NCBI GenBank assembly: GCA_964016885.1
Contig: OZ024745.1
Span: forward strand, 70,370,001 to 70,434,000
Origin: Eledone cirrhosa
Taxonomy: Eukaryota
DNA: 64,000 bases
Direction: 5' to 3'
This document shows, piece after piece, positions 12,910 to 27,053 of the stretch. Position 1 is the first letter of the stretch, and every line of letters starts with the position of its first letter. The notes under the pieces were generated by a model. That model was not told the DNA's origin. It was given only the letters and a program-made list of their open reading frames with translations, and searched no databases. The position numbers were made by a program, and so were the translations under genes.

Positions 12910-14074
12910 TATGTGTGTATGTGTGTGTGTCTGTGTGAGCTTCATATAACAGCTCAGCATTGCTAAGTGTATTCATGGTAATAACACTAATAACATAGGA
13001 CCGAAACTAATAACATAGATGCATTATAATGCACTTGAAATAAAGCGTATCTTATTGATATGGCTATATTAATATGTAATTTAACGAACAATAAAAGACT
13101 ATTTCATAAAGCTGCTTAATTGCACAAATAATTGCGCCGTCTACACTATCCACCTACGCACACTGCAGCTTCGCATTTTCGCTCAGAAAATAGGGCGAAC
13201 ATAATACTTAATTTAATTATTTCTTTATATTCCCCATCAACATCGAGCTGAAATTAACTTGTAAACAGTCTATTGAAACATTCGTTTCGTATGTACTTGA
13301 GCTTATGTTCGAGACAGCAAACAATGATTTATTTTACACTTTTTGAAAAAACAACCCTGAAAGCTGTACAGTTATCTCTATCTCTGAATATCACCTACTG
13401 TGATATACTGTTAATTTTTTCTGATCATTCAACCATTTCGCTAGACAGCATCATAGGTCCCATCGCGAAAGTATAATATTCAAATTTATCTTCATTTTCT
13501 TGCCATGTTTTCCAAACGCCAATTCGACAATTACTTTATTGGCACTCCTTCAACTGAACTAATTTGTTTCATTCCGGTTACCAATCTATTTTTAAATAAC
13601 ACATACATTCCTACCTACCGAAAGATGAATAACACTTGAACTCCCTCCTTGTCATGTATTTCCCTCAATCAAAATTAATATTAATCGCAATACATTAATA
13701 CAGGCATTCGACAATCCTCTTTGGGAAAATATCCAACTTTATTCTACTCATTGCACCAAATAGTACAGCAATTTGTAAAATAATACACTATATATCAGGT
13801 AAATAATGTATATGTGAAATTAATTTTCTTCATTGTTAAGACGTATGAAAGTGATAGTTTTAGCATCGTTCCACTTATTGAAGGTTTATAATTAAGATCT
13901 CATCAAAAGTATTCTATAGTAAGTGCGGAAAAAGAATAACAATCTAAAAACTGTGATGAGCTTTTACCAACATCTCTACAGTGCCATGATGAGACATGAG
14001 GAAATCTGTCTATTTTCAATGTCAAATCAGATGATGCAATAATCCATCAGATAGAATTATATAAACACACACAT

Positions 14075-14107
<33 letters not shown>

Positions 14108-14366
14108 CACCCATATATATGTGCATGTGTATGTTGGTGTGTGTGTGTGTGTGTGTGTGCGTGTGTGTGTGTGCGTGTATGTGTGTGGGTCTGTGTGTGT
14201 GGGTGGGTGAAACATGCATACATATGTGATCAGACACTACTTGGAACTTTTATTGCAATTTAGAGATTTTTATGGATATACAATATATTATGTCACTCTA
14301 CTACACACATATCATTTGTATGCAACATATATAACATATGCCAGCATTTGCTATGATTTACAAGTG

Positions 14367-14462
<96 letters not shown>

Positions 14463-14976
14463 TGTGTGTATATATATATAGAATGTAGTTCAGTTAAGTA
14501 TCTTTCCGAAAGTCACTACAATCCAAGTAGGATACATAGGAGAAAATAGAAAGCAAAAGAAGAAATTGATTTTTGCACTTATTTTTCATATAACATTTCG
14601 TCTCGGCTCGGCTCCGAATGTCTCTTATCATCAAACTATGGCGACTGTGCTTAGTTCTGACTGATATGCACACTGTTGAGAGAACGATGTGTTGAGACAT
14701 TGCTAGATTGATAATATTTATTAAGCAATTAAGGTCACTCATCTGTTATTAAAAAAAATCAAATCTCAACTCCAATAACTGATAAGCATGTCGCGACGCT
14801 AATTTTCTAATATAATATTTGCAATCTGCATGTGTCGCAAAATGTTATTTGCACGTAAATGTGTAAGAACTAACCACAGTCTAACTTTTCTCTTGATAAG
14901 AGCTTCTTAAAGGAAAAATGTAATAATATGAAAAATTGGGAACCCTTATTTTTTGTTGTTATATTTGTATTTCCAG

Positions 14977-15162
14977 GGCGGTGGATTGGCAGTATCTTAG
15001 AGGGTCAGACACCATGCTTTCCAGCATAGTTACGTCCCTTTACGATCTGAGTTCAAATCCCGCCGAGGTTGACTTTGCCTTTCATCCTTACGGGGTCGAT
15101 AAAATAAAGTACCAGTAATGCACTGGGTAATTTGCTGGCCTTGTGCCTAAAGTAGAAACAGT
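14977..15162 (+). mobile_element. SINE copy with TSD
   Basis: Consensus match; flanked by GTTATATTTGTATTTCCAG direct repeat. Confidence 0.9.
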
Positions 15163-15991
15163 TATATTTGTATTTCCAGATCACATTGAAGTTGTTTTCA
15201 CCCCACCCCCATACATACATAAAGGCACATACACACACACTCATATAAGTTGTGTTGAAACTACTCATTTCGTTTTGTTTTTTTCTTTAGCATAGGTTAC
15301 CTCTTCTTTATGTTAAGCATGACCAACGTAATTGATCTAGAGTTATGTGTAGAGCATAAAAGTGTTGTTTCTGTTGTTCCTATATATTTTTATTTTATGT
15401 CCTGTAATGACAGAACTTGAAATCATGTATTGTTGTAAATGCATGGTAGCAATCAGTAAAAAGTTATATTCCTATATGCCATATATCAGTAAGAGCCACA
15501 ATATTCGAATGCCCACATTTTTCATTCACATTGTAAATTAAATTTGTTTTCCTGTTTACATACATAAAGTCAGTGTTAATAATATCCATAGTTGTAACGT
15601 GTGTTATTTTTATTAGATTGTAGTGTGTGGTAATGTATTTCATGTACTGATTGAGAAATGTTCTGAGAGCGTGTTTACAGGTTGTAGACATTGGATTCAT
15701 GTGGAATATTTCAGGAATTCAGAGTAGTAGCTGATGTATTCAGTGCGTTGTAATATGTTTTAGTGGATCTGACTTCCATAAAGAGAAAGTAACACATTCC
15801 AAAATGATGCAATCCAGAAGCTGGGATTTGAAGCTCAAAAAACTTGGATAAGGCATTTTAGAAATTAAGATTCCAAAGAAGCTGCAAGAAATAGAAAACT
15901 CTTGATAAAGAAATCAATATAAGAACACAGACGTGGATTGAAAAGAACATATGTAAAAGAAAAATTATTTCTTATATGTTTATATATATAT

Positions 15992-16210
15992 AAACGGAAA
16001 GTAAACGGAAACAACAAAGAAAACAATACAATACAATGAAGAAATATATTAGTTTAATGCTTGATATAGTAAAGTATGAGACATAACGTTTCGGACATTA
16101 ATGTTTCATCACGAGATAGACTGAGAAATTAAAGATGAAATAGAAAAATAGAGAGTGAGGCGAGGAAGCGTCGGAAACATAATTTGGGGAGAAAAATCAC
16201 GTGCTTGCTC
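15992..16210 (-). mobile_element. Decayed TA-anchored insert with degenerate HHR-like core
   Basis: Minus strand GTGATGA AACAT TA ATGTCC GAAACGTT at about 16087-16112; stem I not recoverable; 3' end runs into (TA)n. Confidence 0.35.
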
Positions 16211-16867
16211 AGTTAACTATTTTGGGAGTGTGTATGCATATATGTAAATGTATTTGAGTGAGCATTTATATATATACACGTGTATGTCCATCTACCGGTA
16301 TATATATATATATATATATATATCTATAGATGTGTGTGTGTGTGTGTGTATGTGTGTGTGTGTGCATATACGGATAAACATGGTAGATAGATTGATAGGT
16401 AGATAGATAAATAGATAGGTAGATAGATAGATATACCATATGCTGTGTTCTGTGATGCTGAACCCTCCTTGAATCCGATGATGTGTGTCCAAGCTGTGTG
16501 GGTGTTTGCGTCTGCGTGTTTTTGAATCAGTGTGTATCTTTCTATATACATAATATACTTGCTTGTAGAATGTTTCCGTCATACAAGGGCTCCTTTATAA
16601 CTTTAGGTCTAATAATAACGTGGTTAAACATTCACTTCAGTTTCTATTACACAACAAACAACACGTACTTAACTATGCAACTCACACTCAACAGGCAGCC
16701 AAATGTAGCGAATGGAAGACATCCAAAATCATCATATCCCGCTTTGATTTCAGACATATTGCATAATTGAACTATAATTTCCACACAGCTGTTAGTCTAG
16801 AAGCATTATATACACACAGTCAGGTCTCTGTTTTGCATACTTACATAACCACACACATGCATACCTG

Positions 16868-16921
<54 letters not shown>

Positions 16922-17279
16922 TGAGGGAGAGAGAAAGAGAGAGGTAGATAGATAGGATGATTGATTGACATATACGCTATAACAATGGATTTGCGCCAAA
17001 TCATGTATTTCATGCTAATTTTAATTCTCATATAGGTATCAAGTGAATTAATGACAGTGGATCTGCTAAGATAATATGGTCGACTAGGATGTTTGAAAAA
17101 AAAAAGCTTATCATCGCCATTATCACTCCTCTGTAACCTATACTGAACACCATCGAGGGATGAGAACATTTATGAACCATGTTTTTTAAATACCTAAATG
17201 AAATCATCTTACTTAATTTCGATCTCTCATGATATTAAGTTATTTTTGTAGCCATATAGTACTTATTTTCCAATTGTAT

Positions 17280-18310
17280 AATGTTCCTCCTCTCTGTGTT
17301 CATGGTAGGTGCAACCTTCCGCATCTTATTTTGGATGGTGCATACTAAATGCAGTGATTATTATTCATTTATTTTCTCTCTGTTCCTGCTAGGTTTTTTA
17401 GTGTCCAGTTCAGAATATTAAAACTGTAGCATATTGCTGGGTTCGCTACATTATTGATGATAAATCCTTTGCACTTAGTTCTAGTTTTAAAGAGTAATCA
17501 TTATTGTATATTTCTAATCTATTCTCTCATCTGCGTGTGTTGAACCCTCTTTTATTTGTTGATTGCTAAGTATTTGTATATTTGTGTTTAATCTAATTCT
17601 CTTATCTCAGTTTCTTTATCTAGCATGATATCAGTGTTTTTCACAAGTTTTCTTCTCTACGTTGTTCCCTTGGTACATACTTCTTGTCCAAATTTCATGC
17701 CCATTTTTCTTTATTGTGAATCCATATATTGTCTGTAACTGCGTTTTGAGTTGTCTCTCGTCTGAAACACACAGCTTCAAATCATCCATATATAGGGGAT
17801 GGTTAATGTTCTTGTTGTTATACACCAGTCCTCTTCTGTATGGTCACTCTGATAATGTCAATGTTTGCCAGAAAAGCTGGATTATAAATATTCCCCTTCA
17901 TATATCTTTATGCTGATTGCGATGTGTTCAGTTTATTGTAACATCCTTCTTTTATATCTGCAAAAATGTTTGTCACTTACTCATGGCATGCTTGATAAAT
18001 GCAGTTATTGTTGACGTTACCATATCTCATGGCTAGTGTGTTTAATGTCCATGCATGTGGAACACTTTCAAACGCCTTTTGGTAGTCAGTCCATGCCCTG
18101 CTGTGGTTTGATTTGTTGTATCTACAGTTTTAGGTTTTGGCTTTATTGAACAGCAGCTCGTATTTACAGCCGGATGAGCCATTGCAGCATCCTTTCTGTT
18201 CTTCTGAAAGCAGGTTGTTTCTTCTTGGCGTTTGGTGAGTTTCTGCGATACTATTGCAGCTAAAGTGTTGTATGAAATAGGAAGGCATGTTATGGACCTT
18301 TATTTTGGGG
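17280..18310 (-). pseudogene. Decayed R4/Dong-like LINE reverse transcriptase fragment
   Basis: Minus-strand motifs SITCLP, QKGC..GSSGCK, WTDYQKAFESVPHAW, INHPLYMDDLKL, YKYL; multiple stops and frameshifts. Confidence 0.8.
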
Positions 18311-19047
18311 GGCTTAATGTGCTATTGTTCTTTGGTTGGGGCTTAGAGTCTTTCCTTAGGGGCTTTCTCCTTAGTCAACATCTCAGCAATTACATCATAA
18401 TATGTCCCTGTTAAATATTCCAACCAAACTTTGGAGTCAGATGCTATATTTGGTGTACTTGCTGGTTCTAAGCATGATAATTACCCCTCTCCTTCCTTCC
18501 GTACTATTCCATTACTTTCACTTTTGAGGCTATATTTACCTCTATTTTGCTCACATGTGTGAATGATCGATGAATAGTTATAGAACCCTAATATTGCCAG
18601 TTTCATTACCGTATCTATGTCTATATTTATAGTTTTGTCAATATCATAATAGATTCAGTTTTCTTTCAACCCAGTGTGTCAATTTAACGGGAACGATGTT
18701 TTAGTTCAGAGGATAGGTCGCTGTAATTCATTACCTTTTGATCTGGCTTCAACGCAATATTAATTTGGTATTCCTAAGCCAATAATGTATTCGCTATTGG
18801 CATTTTGTCATGGAGGGTGATATCTGGTATAGTATGTACATGCAATGGGCCTGACATTATTGATGTTGGTCTTTCAGTAGAATCTCAAGATCCAATTTTC
18901 ATAATATTTGCACGTACTTATGTTGTTAGAAATGTAATTTTCATTTGAAACAGTAGGAAATTGTTGATTACGCAGACATACATAGACGTACACACACATA
19001 GGTACACAGACACACAGATACATACACGCACACACCACACGTACATT

Positions 19048-19125
<78 letters not shown>

Positions 19126-19898
19126 ACTTGAAGGATGCATTATATTCATCTAGATCTTTTCACTTCATTTGATACATGGAGAATAGCTCATTCCTACTCT
19201 CTATAATGGCCACCATACGACAGAGAATTTCAACATTTAATACCAAATGCTACATCTGCTTCTGCATTTTGAAATGGATCCTATAACATGAAGAAAGTAT
19301 TGATCAAAATTTACTAAATCTCGAAATACTGGATTAAATAATGACCTAATTACAGTGAAAATAATATTTGTGTCTATTTCGTTTGCTCAACGAACTGATG
19401 CATATCTGTGATTTTGTAGAAATATAGGCAGCTGTTATCTGCGTAACCTTGCTTCTACTTTAATTGAATCTATTTATTTAGCCTTTTAGCTTAGAATCAT
19501 CTCCATAGAGATTAAACCAAAATTAAAACGATTCGTCAGCATCCAGGAAAGTTTTGATATTATTGATTGATTTCCTGAAAATTACTGACCTGCTAAGCAT
19601 TTTGCAATTTTCTCGTTTCTTTGCCTTATTAACATTATACTACATTTTCTGTATGCTTTAATGAAACAGCTATCCATATTTACCAAAGTACTTTTAACGA
19701 TCTCAAAAGCTTTGCAGTAGGATTCTAGACTAACAGTAAATAGCACCAGCAAAAATATTCTATTTATAATACTATATAATTTATACTGATTTTGGAATTT
19801 TGATTATTTTCTTCATTTATATTCAAATATAGAAATTACTTAATCAAAATCACTTCCTATTTAGTTTCAATCGTTTCCTGCTTTGCTTGTTCCGTTTA

Positions 19899-19962
<64 letters not shown>

Positions 19963-22900
19963 GTAAATTTAATGAAATTATACTCGTATAATGAATAGCT
20001 GTTTCGAAAGTAACCGGAAATTACCGATATACAGACATACAGATGTAGCAGACTTTTGCCATAAATAGGCAGTTAAAGCGATTTCCCTTATATTATAAAA
20101 TTTTCAGTTATCTGTATATTATATTGCCTTAGCTGTTAAACAACGAAATGCTTCTTACCTATATGTATCTAACTGAGAAACGTTTGTAATGTATTTCTCT
20201 AGAAAAGCGACTTCTAATTTAGTAAATACATACAGTTCTCTACGTTCAAGACATGGCCACCTGATCTAACTTGTCTGAACGAGGCAATGCGGTTAACGTA
20301 ATCTAGGGTAGAAAATGAAACGGCCATTGCAAGATAATGATGATGGGGCTATAACGAGGAATGTTATTTTCTTACTTCCCCTTTCATCTGCAGTTGTTAA
20401 CGCACTGGAATGGAGACTGTGATGGCTGGTATTTGAATCTAAGCTGTAAACTCGATATGAAATCAAGGAAATTTCAATCACACCTCTTCTGATTTACATC
20501 CGTGCTCATATAATAAAACGACGATAGCATTGTAGAATGTTTTTAAATGTCATAAGAAAATATGTTTCTGTATCACAGTGTTATTAAAAATATTTCTATG
20601 TTATAAATACAAAGTATTGGTATGAAGTTTAATTTTAGCATATCCTTGTGGCAATAATAATCGAAAAGAAAGGATCTACAGACGTCAACATGTTAGTTCT
20701 GCATTCTATATTATTTGTAAGAGCAATGAATTCCCGGTAAATAGCTAATACGGAGAATGATACGTCAGCCAAAGAGTGACAGAGGAATACCAAGCATACT
20801 TTACCTGCTTTGACGGAACCGAAAAAATGAAATGAAATACTGTTCTGTTTCTATATAACGTTCCTTATTATTAAAGTGACAGAGCCCAGAGCATTATAGG
20901 TAATTTTACAATGTAAAATATGATGCATTTCGGCAATAAATGTACTAATTGAAAATGCTACAATATTGCCTAGCTTCAAGAAGAGAAATAGTGAGAAGTC
21001 CTAATTAGATGTTACATTGGTATATTGCTGCCGATTATACACGATACATTTCAGTATGTATTCGGAAAATATACTGGGAAATCTTATTGTTTGACGGAGA
21101 CAAAGAATCTGGATGGGAGTATCAACATTACTTAATTATATACTTGTCAGAGTTAATAGATGTAAGATTGTTTTACTATTAATCAAATTCAGCATGAGAC
21201 ACTTTTTGTATTTGGGATTTGGTATATATTTGCAACATAAATATAGCTAAATTGGAGTTGCAATTCTGAATTGATTAATTTCGATCAATAATAATTATGC
21301 ATTTTATATGCCTCAGAAATGTATTACAACTCAATAGATATTTTAGATGTGATACATTTCTAATTTCGTTCAGAACTGAATTGTAACTTAATGTTACTAT
21401 TGAAATGAATTCTAAATTTCTATATAGTAGGATATCATTGAGCGTGTTGTGGATGAGTGATTGGGATGGGAGATGTATTTCACGTAATAAGTTAGATATT
21501 CTTTTTATTGCGAGTTGCAGAAAGTAATGGATAAAATTGGGGTTTAAGGCGTCTATGAAATAATATACAAAATGTTCATGTGTAATAAATACTTAGTCTC
21601 GAGGTGAGGAGCTTAAGTTGATATGAAGTTATATGGTACGAGCAGTGAATACATGTATTTCACAGTCGTTAGTGTCCGTTAGTATTTGTTCGTTTGGAGA
21701 TGAATGAAATATAACATCGGCGTATAGAATTTTGAAATAAACTATCCCTGCTGAAAGCTAATCTACATATACTGTAAGTCTAAAGCCCTAATTTTAATTA
21801 ACGATAAATCTAACACAACTTGGTTCACATATACAACAGGTTTATGTATAATAAACGTATACTTCATCTCGTTGTGAATATTTTAAACTGTGGTCAGGTC
21901 ACAAAAATAAGCTGCATGGGAGTAACGAATTACGTGAAATATGATTAATGTGAAGATGTTGATAATGTATGAGGAAGAGAATAGAGTTATCTCTATAGGA
22001 TCATATAAGATATGCATGAGGCTAGAGAATTTTGTCAATATACATATAGTAAATTAAGATTACTACTAAATATAGTATATCAGATTATTGCACTATAAGC
22101 ATAGACTTTATAGCACGTTCAGAGCTCCACTGTTATTTACAGAACATCCATTAATTTTGCCAACATCATTTTGGATTCTTAATATAGTTTAAACTATTTT
22201 ATCAGTAAATATATAGTAATACATTATAAGTCTGCTTTTTAAAACAATGTTTCATTACAATAAAGATTTCGAGCAGAATATAAATCTAGACTTATAGATA
22301 TTAAAAAAATGAAAAACAACTGCCATAGGCAACATATAATAGGAGAATATTTATATTCATTGGATTTATAGCTGATGATATTTTCCCATAGCAACTAATT
22401 ACCTTCTGGAAGAACAAAGTTGTGTGCGTTGCTTGAAGAATGCAATGATAATGCTACTTTTGAAACCGTAATGAATGTGTTTTAGAGTAATATCGAGCAC
22501 ATATTAAAATAATTCGTGAGGAATTTATGTTAATTGTGGAATCAAACATTTCTAAGTTTTCATTATCTTTCTACATTTGATTGTGACAATGTTTAAGTTA
22601 TTATTATATCGATAAAGTGATATTAAAAATGTATCTAGATCTCTAAATTGGTATATATATTTTGTATCAATAAATAATAGACCTAATTTTAGAGAGTCTA
22701 AATCGCTGATCTTGTGTATTTATACGTCAGTGTAGTTTGAGAATTTATTATGTAAATTCTAATACTAAAGCGAATATATGTTTTAGTGGGACATAGAACT
22801 TCGCTGACAATATGACATCCATATATTTTTCTATATACAAAATATACGTTATTTTGAGGAATATGCGTAGGATGAAATTCCTTACTATACGTAATATGGT

Positions 22901-24518
22901 CTATTTAATATGTGAGTTGAAGTCCTGCAAAAGATAACGGTACATTTTATAGGCCAAAATGCAAAAATAAAAATATCCTCCAATCACAATGCTGGTTGAT
23001 GTGATACACTGTTTGCAACGTTTGCAACAATTGGCATTGTTCTTTATAATCTATATACAATTGTACAATCCAGATTTTGTTATCATAATATACTCTGGCA
23101 TATCAAATATAATTACATATTACTAGTTTTTGATTACAACTTCATAACTATTATAAGTTGTAGAGCAGATCATACTATATATTGCGTGCAAGATCTTGTG
23201 GTATGTTCACTAGATCTGCTAGAATATTACCATGCTTGTTTATTCCTCTAATATGGCTGTGGATCAATTGCTAATAAACGTCTAACTAGCTCCACATGAA
23301 ATGTTATGTCTAAATATTAACGGCGATAAGCCATACATATTTTACTAAATTGTTCATGTAAATTATACTTGTGAATAATATGAATAGTGGGTGCATGGGA
23401 AAATGTCAAAAGACTGTACTTAGAAAAGGTCAGAAGAGTTAAACGTGAGTGAAAACTAAGTAATACATTTACTTTGAAAATATTGCCAAAGGTATTTAGT
23501 GAAAGCACTTTGAATACAGTCATTAGTTCACATTGATTATTGCATAAACATTTAAGCCACCTTATGAATCTATATCCTAAATCTAACGAGCTCCTGCTTA
23601 AATGAATATTCATATATTTGGGTCTGGAAAAATAATTAATTCTACATTTCTTATTTGTTAAATGTTTATTATAGATATTATAATATTTGCCGTTACCCAT
23701 TTATTACGACACGACGTCTGTATGGTTACAAATATTTGATTGAAAATTATATTGAAAAGTTAATATACAATAAAACGTGTCATCAAATCTAAGTATGACC
23801 AGGCTGTATAAAGATTTTCATTAAGATTTTTCCAATCAATATCAATGTCAAACAACTATACAGAATATCAGAGCATATATGTGTAGAGTTATTTAGGGAT
23901 GTTAAGAACTGCAATATTGATTCTCAAACTTTGACACAGAGTCCTTTGAATTTGTCATGATATTTGATCATTACCTTTGCAACAAGGTCAACTGTTTAAA
24001 GAAATGTAAAGTCGATTGAATCCACACCATGTTTTTTGAGAGATACATTCAGCTAACCTTTGCATACCATCATAAAATTCTGTTTGGCAGTGTGGCTCTT
24101 CAAAGTGATAAGAACCATCCGTAACATGCGGCAGTACAATCCGTCTAGATTGTGTTCTAGGTTTTATGTTTTATGTTAGTATTCCTCGCAATCAAAGAAT
24201 AAGATGTAAATGATAACCTAATGAGGGTTGCGATAGACATGTCACTGCATGAGACATACCGAAGAAATAACTTCAACTCTAGTTCTATAGTATGGTAGCT
24301 AATGTATCGCTCAATTAACTGAAGTGGCAACTCACCAAATTCATTAAGTAGCCGGACGAATTCTGTATTGGAAATACGAACAATGATAGGGGATCGAGAT
24401 ATCTGGTATGAGTATATATATATTTCCCTGGTATGATCAGAGGGGCAGCTGAAATGAGATAAGATGAGACTTACTTAAATCTAAGCCAACTTTTCAGCCA
24501 ATATTTTGAAGATAGAAT

Positions 24519-24703
24519 AATTGTTTCTACTTTCGGCACAAGGCCAGCAATTACCCAGTACATTACTGGTACTTTATTTTATCGACCTCGTAAGGATGAA
24601 AGGCAAAGTTAACCTTGGCGGGATTTGAACTCAGATCGTAAAGGGACGTAACTATGCTGGAAAGCATGTCCAACGCTCTACCAACTCTGCCAATCCACCG
24701 CCC
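24519..24703 (-). mobile_element. SINE copy with TSD
   Basis: Flanked by TTTTGAAGATAGAATAAT direct repeat. Confidence 0.9.
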
Positions 24704-25149
24704 TTTTGAAGATAGAATAATGCACAACAATAAGAGCGATTTTAATTGGTATATCATTGGGGCACAAAATAAATTCCAAAAGTGGTTACTCTGGACGTAG
24801 AATGTATGTGTCGTAGCTAAATGCTACATTTCAACTGACACAGTGGAATTAATCACTTTGAAGAACGTCAACCTTTACTACTCGGTCCCTCTACCTGTTA
24901 GAAATAACTATCAAGTTTCCTCCAAATGTTAACATATTTTCTCTCATGGGAATAGATATGTGAATGAGGCGTAATCGTTGGATCAATTATATCGATGCCA
25001 TATGGTTACTCAAGCAGAACAACTAAATACGTAGACACTATCGACTGATAGTTTATTTGTGGGTGTACATGGGGAAAAGGGAAAAATTGTGAGAGAAAAA
25101 AATAGACAGAAATGTGTGTATATATTGGTATGTAATTCTTGGTGGAGCC

Positions 25150-25225
25150 GTAAAGGCACCGTAATAGCATACGGCGTTTCCTGATTATTTTAAGCCTAGT
25201 GGAGCCCAATCCTCTTCAGGTCTGA
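25150..25225 (-). ncRNA. Degenerate hammerhead-like motif
   Basis: Minus strand CTGAAGA [GATT..AATC stem] GAAA CGCCGTA-loop-TACGGTG CC; cleavage-site U and stem I lost. Confidence 0.4.
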
Positions 25226-25294
25226 ACACAGCAGATTTCCTCCAGAGAAAGATAGAAAGTGAGAAAGAAAAATAGAGGAGGAATTGAACCAAGT

Positions 25295-25432
25295 CCAAGA
25301 CTGGTACTTTTTTTTTATCGACCTCTAAATGATGGAAATGCAAAGTTGACCTCAGCTGGTTTTGAACTCAGAGAGCAGAAAATCGCAACGAATACTGCAA
25401 AGCATTCTATCCGACGTTGTGATTCGCTGCCT
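25295..25432 (-). mobile_element. Old diverged SINE copy
   Basis: CTGGTACTTT..TTATCGACC..GCAAAGTTGACCTC..TTTGAACTCAG. Confidence 0.7.
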
Positions 25433-27017
25433 TTGTATATATATTGCTGATACTAAAATAATTGGAGTCTTCTAGCAGAACATACTATATTTTATCTTTA
25501 TACTACACGTCTCCACAAAATTCACCGAAAGTTACTTTGCTATATTTTTAATCACTCTTAGGCTTTTAGAAATAAGGTATTTTCTCCAAGGATTGAAATG
25601 CAATTATTATTTATTAAGATAGATTTTATGTCCGAAAACTATTTTCTTTTCGCTTTATTCCAGAGGAATTTTTCCCATTCGGTAGTACAATTTCAGTATA
25701 CAATCGTGGCATTAGTTTTTATTTATATTTTCTCGCTTACTATATAAGAAACTAAAGTATGATGTTATTGTACAAAACATTCAAACGAAGCAGATTCCAG
25801 AAGCTACTAATATTCTTAGCTCCCTACCTGTCGACATGACTACACACAAAACAAAAGCTAAGCATAAATACATACATACTTATGAAAATCCTATCAATTT
25901 AAAGTCTTCCTTTCTAATTCCTCAAGTATATATGTTTAACACAATTACATAATGACTGAATATGTTGAATATACGTTAGGGTTTCAGTTACTCGGTAGAT
26001 TATTTTCATTTAATTTCATGCAGATAATGAAATATTCATTTGCAAACGAATTGACTCAGTTGGAACTTCATATCTAGTTCAATACATGAGTCAATTAAAG
26101 TTTAAAATACAAGCAAATAATTGAATAACAAAATATTTAATGCACTTTTGTGAGTGATACTTTAGAAAATGCATACAAATAAACTTTCCATGTAATATGA
26201 TTGTAAATTCATTTCAAAATCGAAATTCCAGTTATATCTAATATAAGAGGACTTAGTCAGATCACAATATAACATTCTGAAGTCCCAGGAATATCAGTGA
26301 CTATTTCGGAAGACACGAGTCAAACTAGAGTCACGAGAATGTACATCTACCATCTTCAATGTAGCTTACAAATCTATTCTCTCCTTTTCATTTTATTTAC
26401 ATTAGCCGTCTAACGAAATTAGTTGTTAGATTGGTGAAAATTTGGACTCTTAGGTAAAATATTGGTCGATACTGTTTCGGTAATTATATCCGGCTCTCGG
26501 CTCTCTGAGTTCAAATTTCTCCAATCTGAAGAAGTAAAATGCTTATCATTGGCAGTGGTGTGGCAAAATGTTTAATGTGTTGGAAGAGATACCTAGCTTT
26601 ATTATTTCCGGCGATGTACGATATGAATTTACTTCCCGGTATCTGTCATCGGAAAATGGTAAAGTCACATGTTTACAACTTTATCAACAAAACATCCAAT
26701 ACATCTCCATCTAGCAGTTGCAGCCACGAAAATACTCCACGCAAAAGTAAACCGCTACCATTGCAAAGAAAGACCTTCAGCTACAGTTTCCTTGATTATA
26801 CTCAAATAGTTATTTACCAAAGCAAGTAACTGTTTGAATATTATCTTATCGATATTATATGCCAGTGTATATCAAATACGAAAATGGATGGCTAGTTTGA
26901 TGATTCATCATCAGTATAATTCTAATATTTTAACATCAACCACGCGGGAATTAAGGTCAACTTACTAGAAAACACTGTTCAATATTTCCCATTTCTATAC
27001 TGTGTATGCTTTTGTAT

Positions 27018-27049
<32 letters not shown>

Positions 27050-27053
<4 letters not shown>

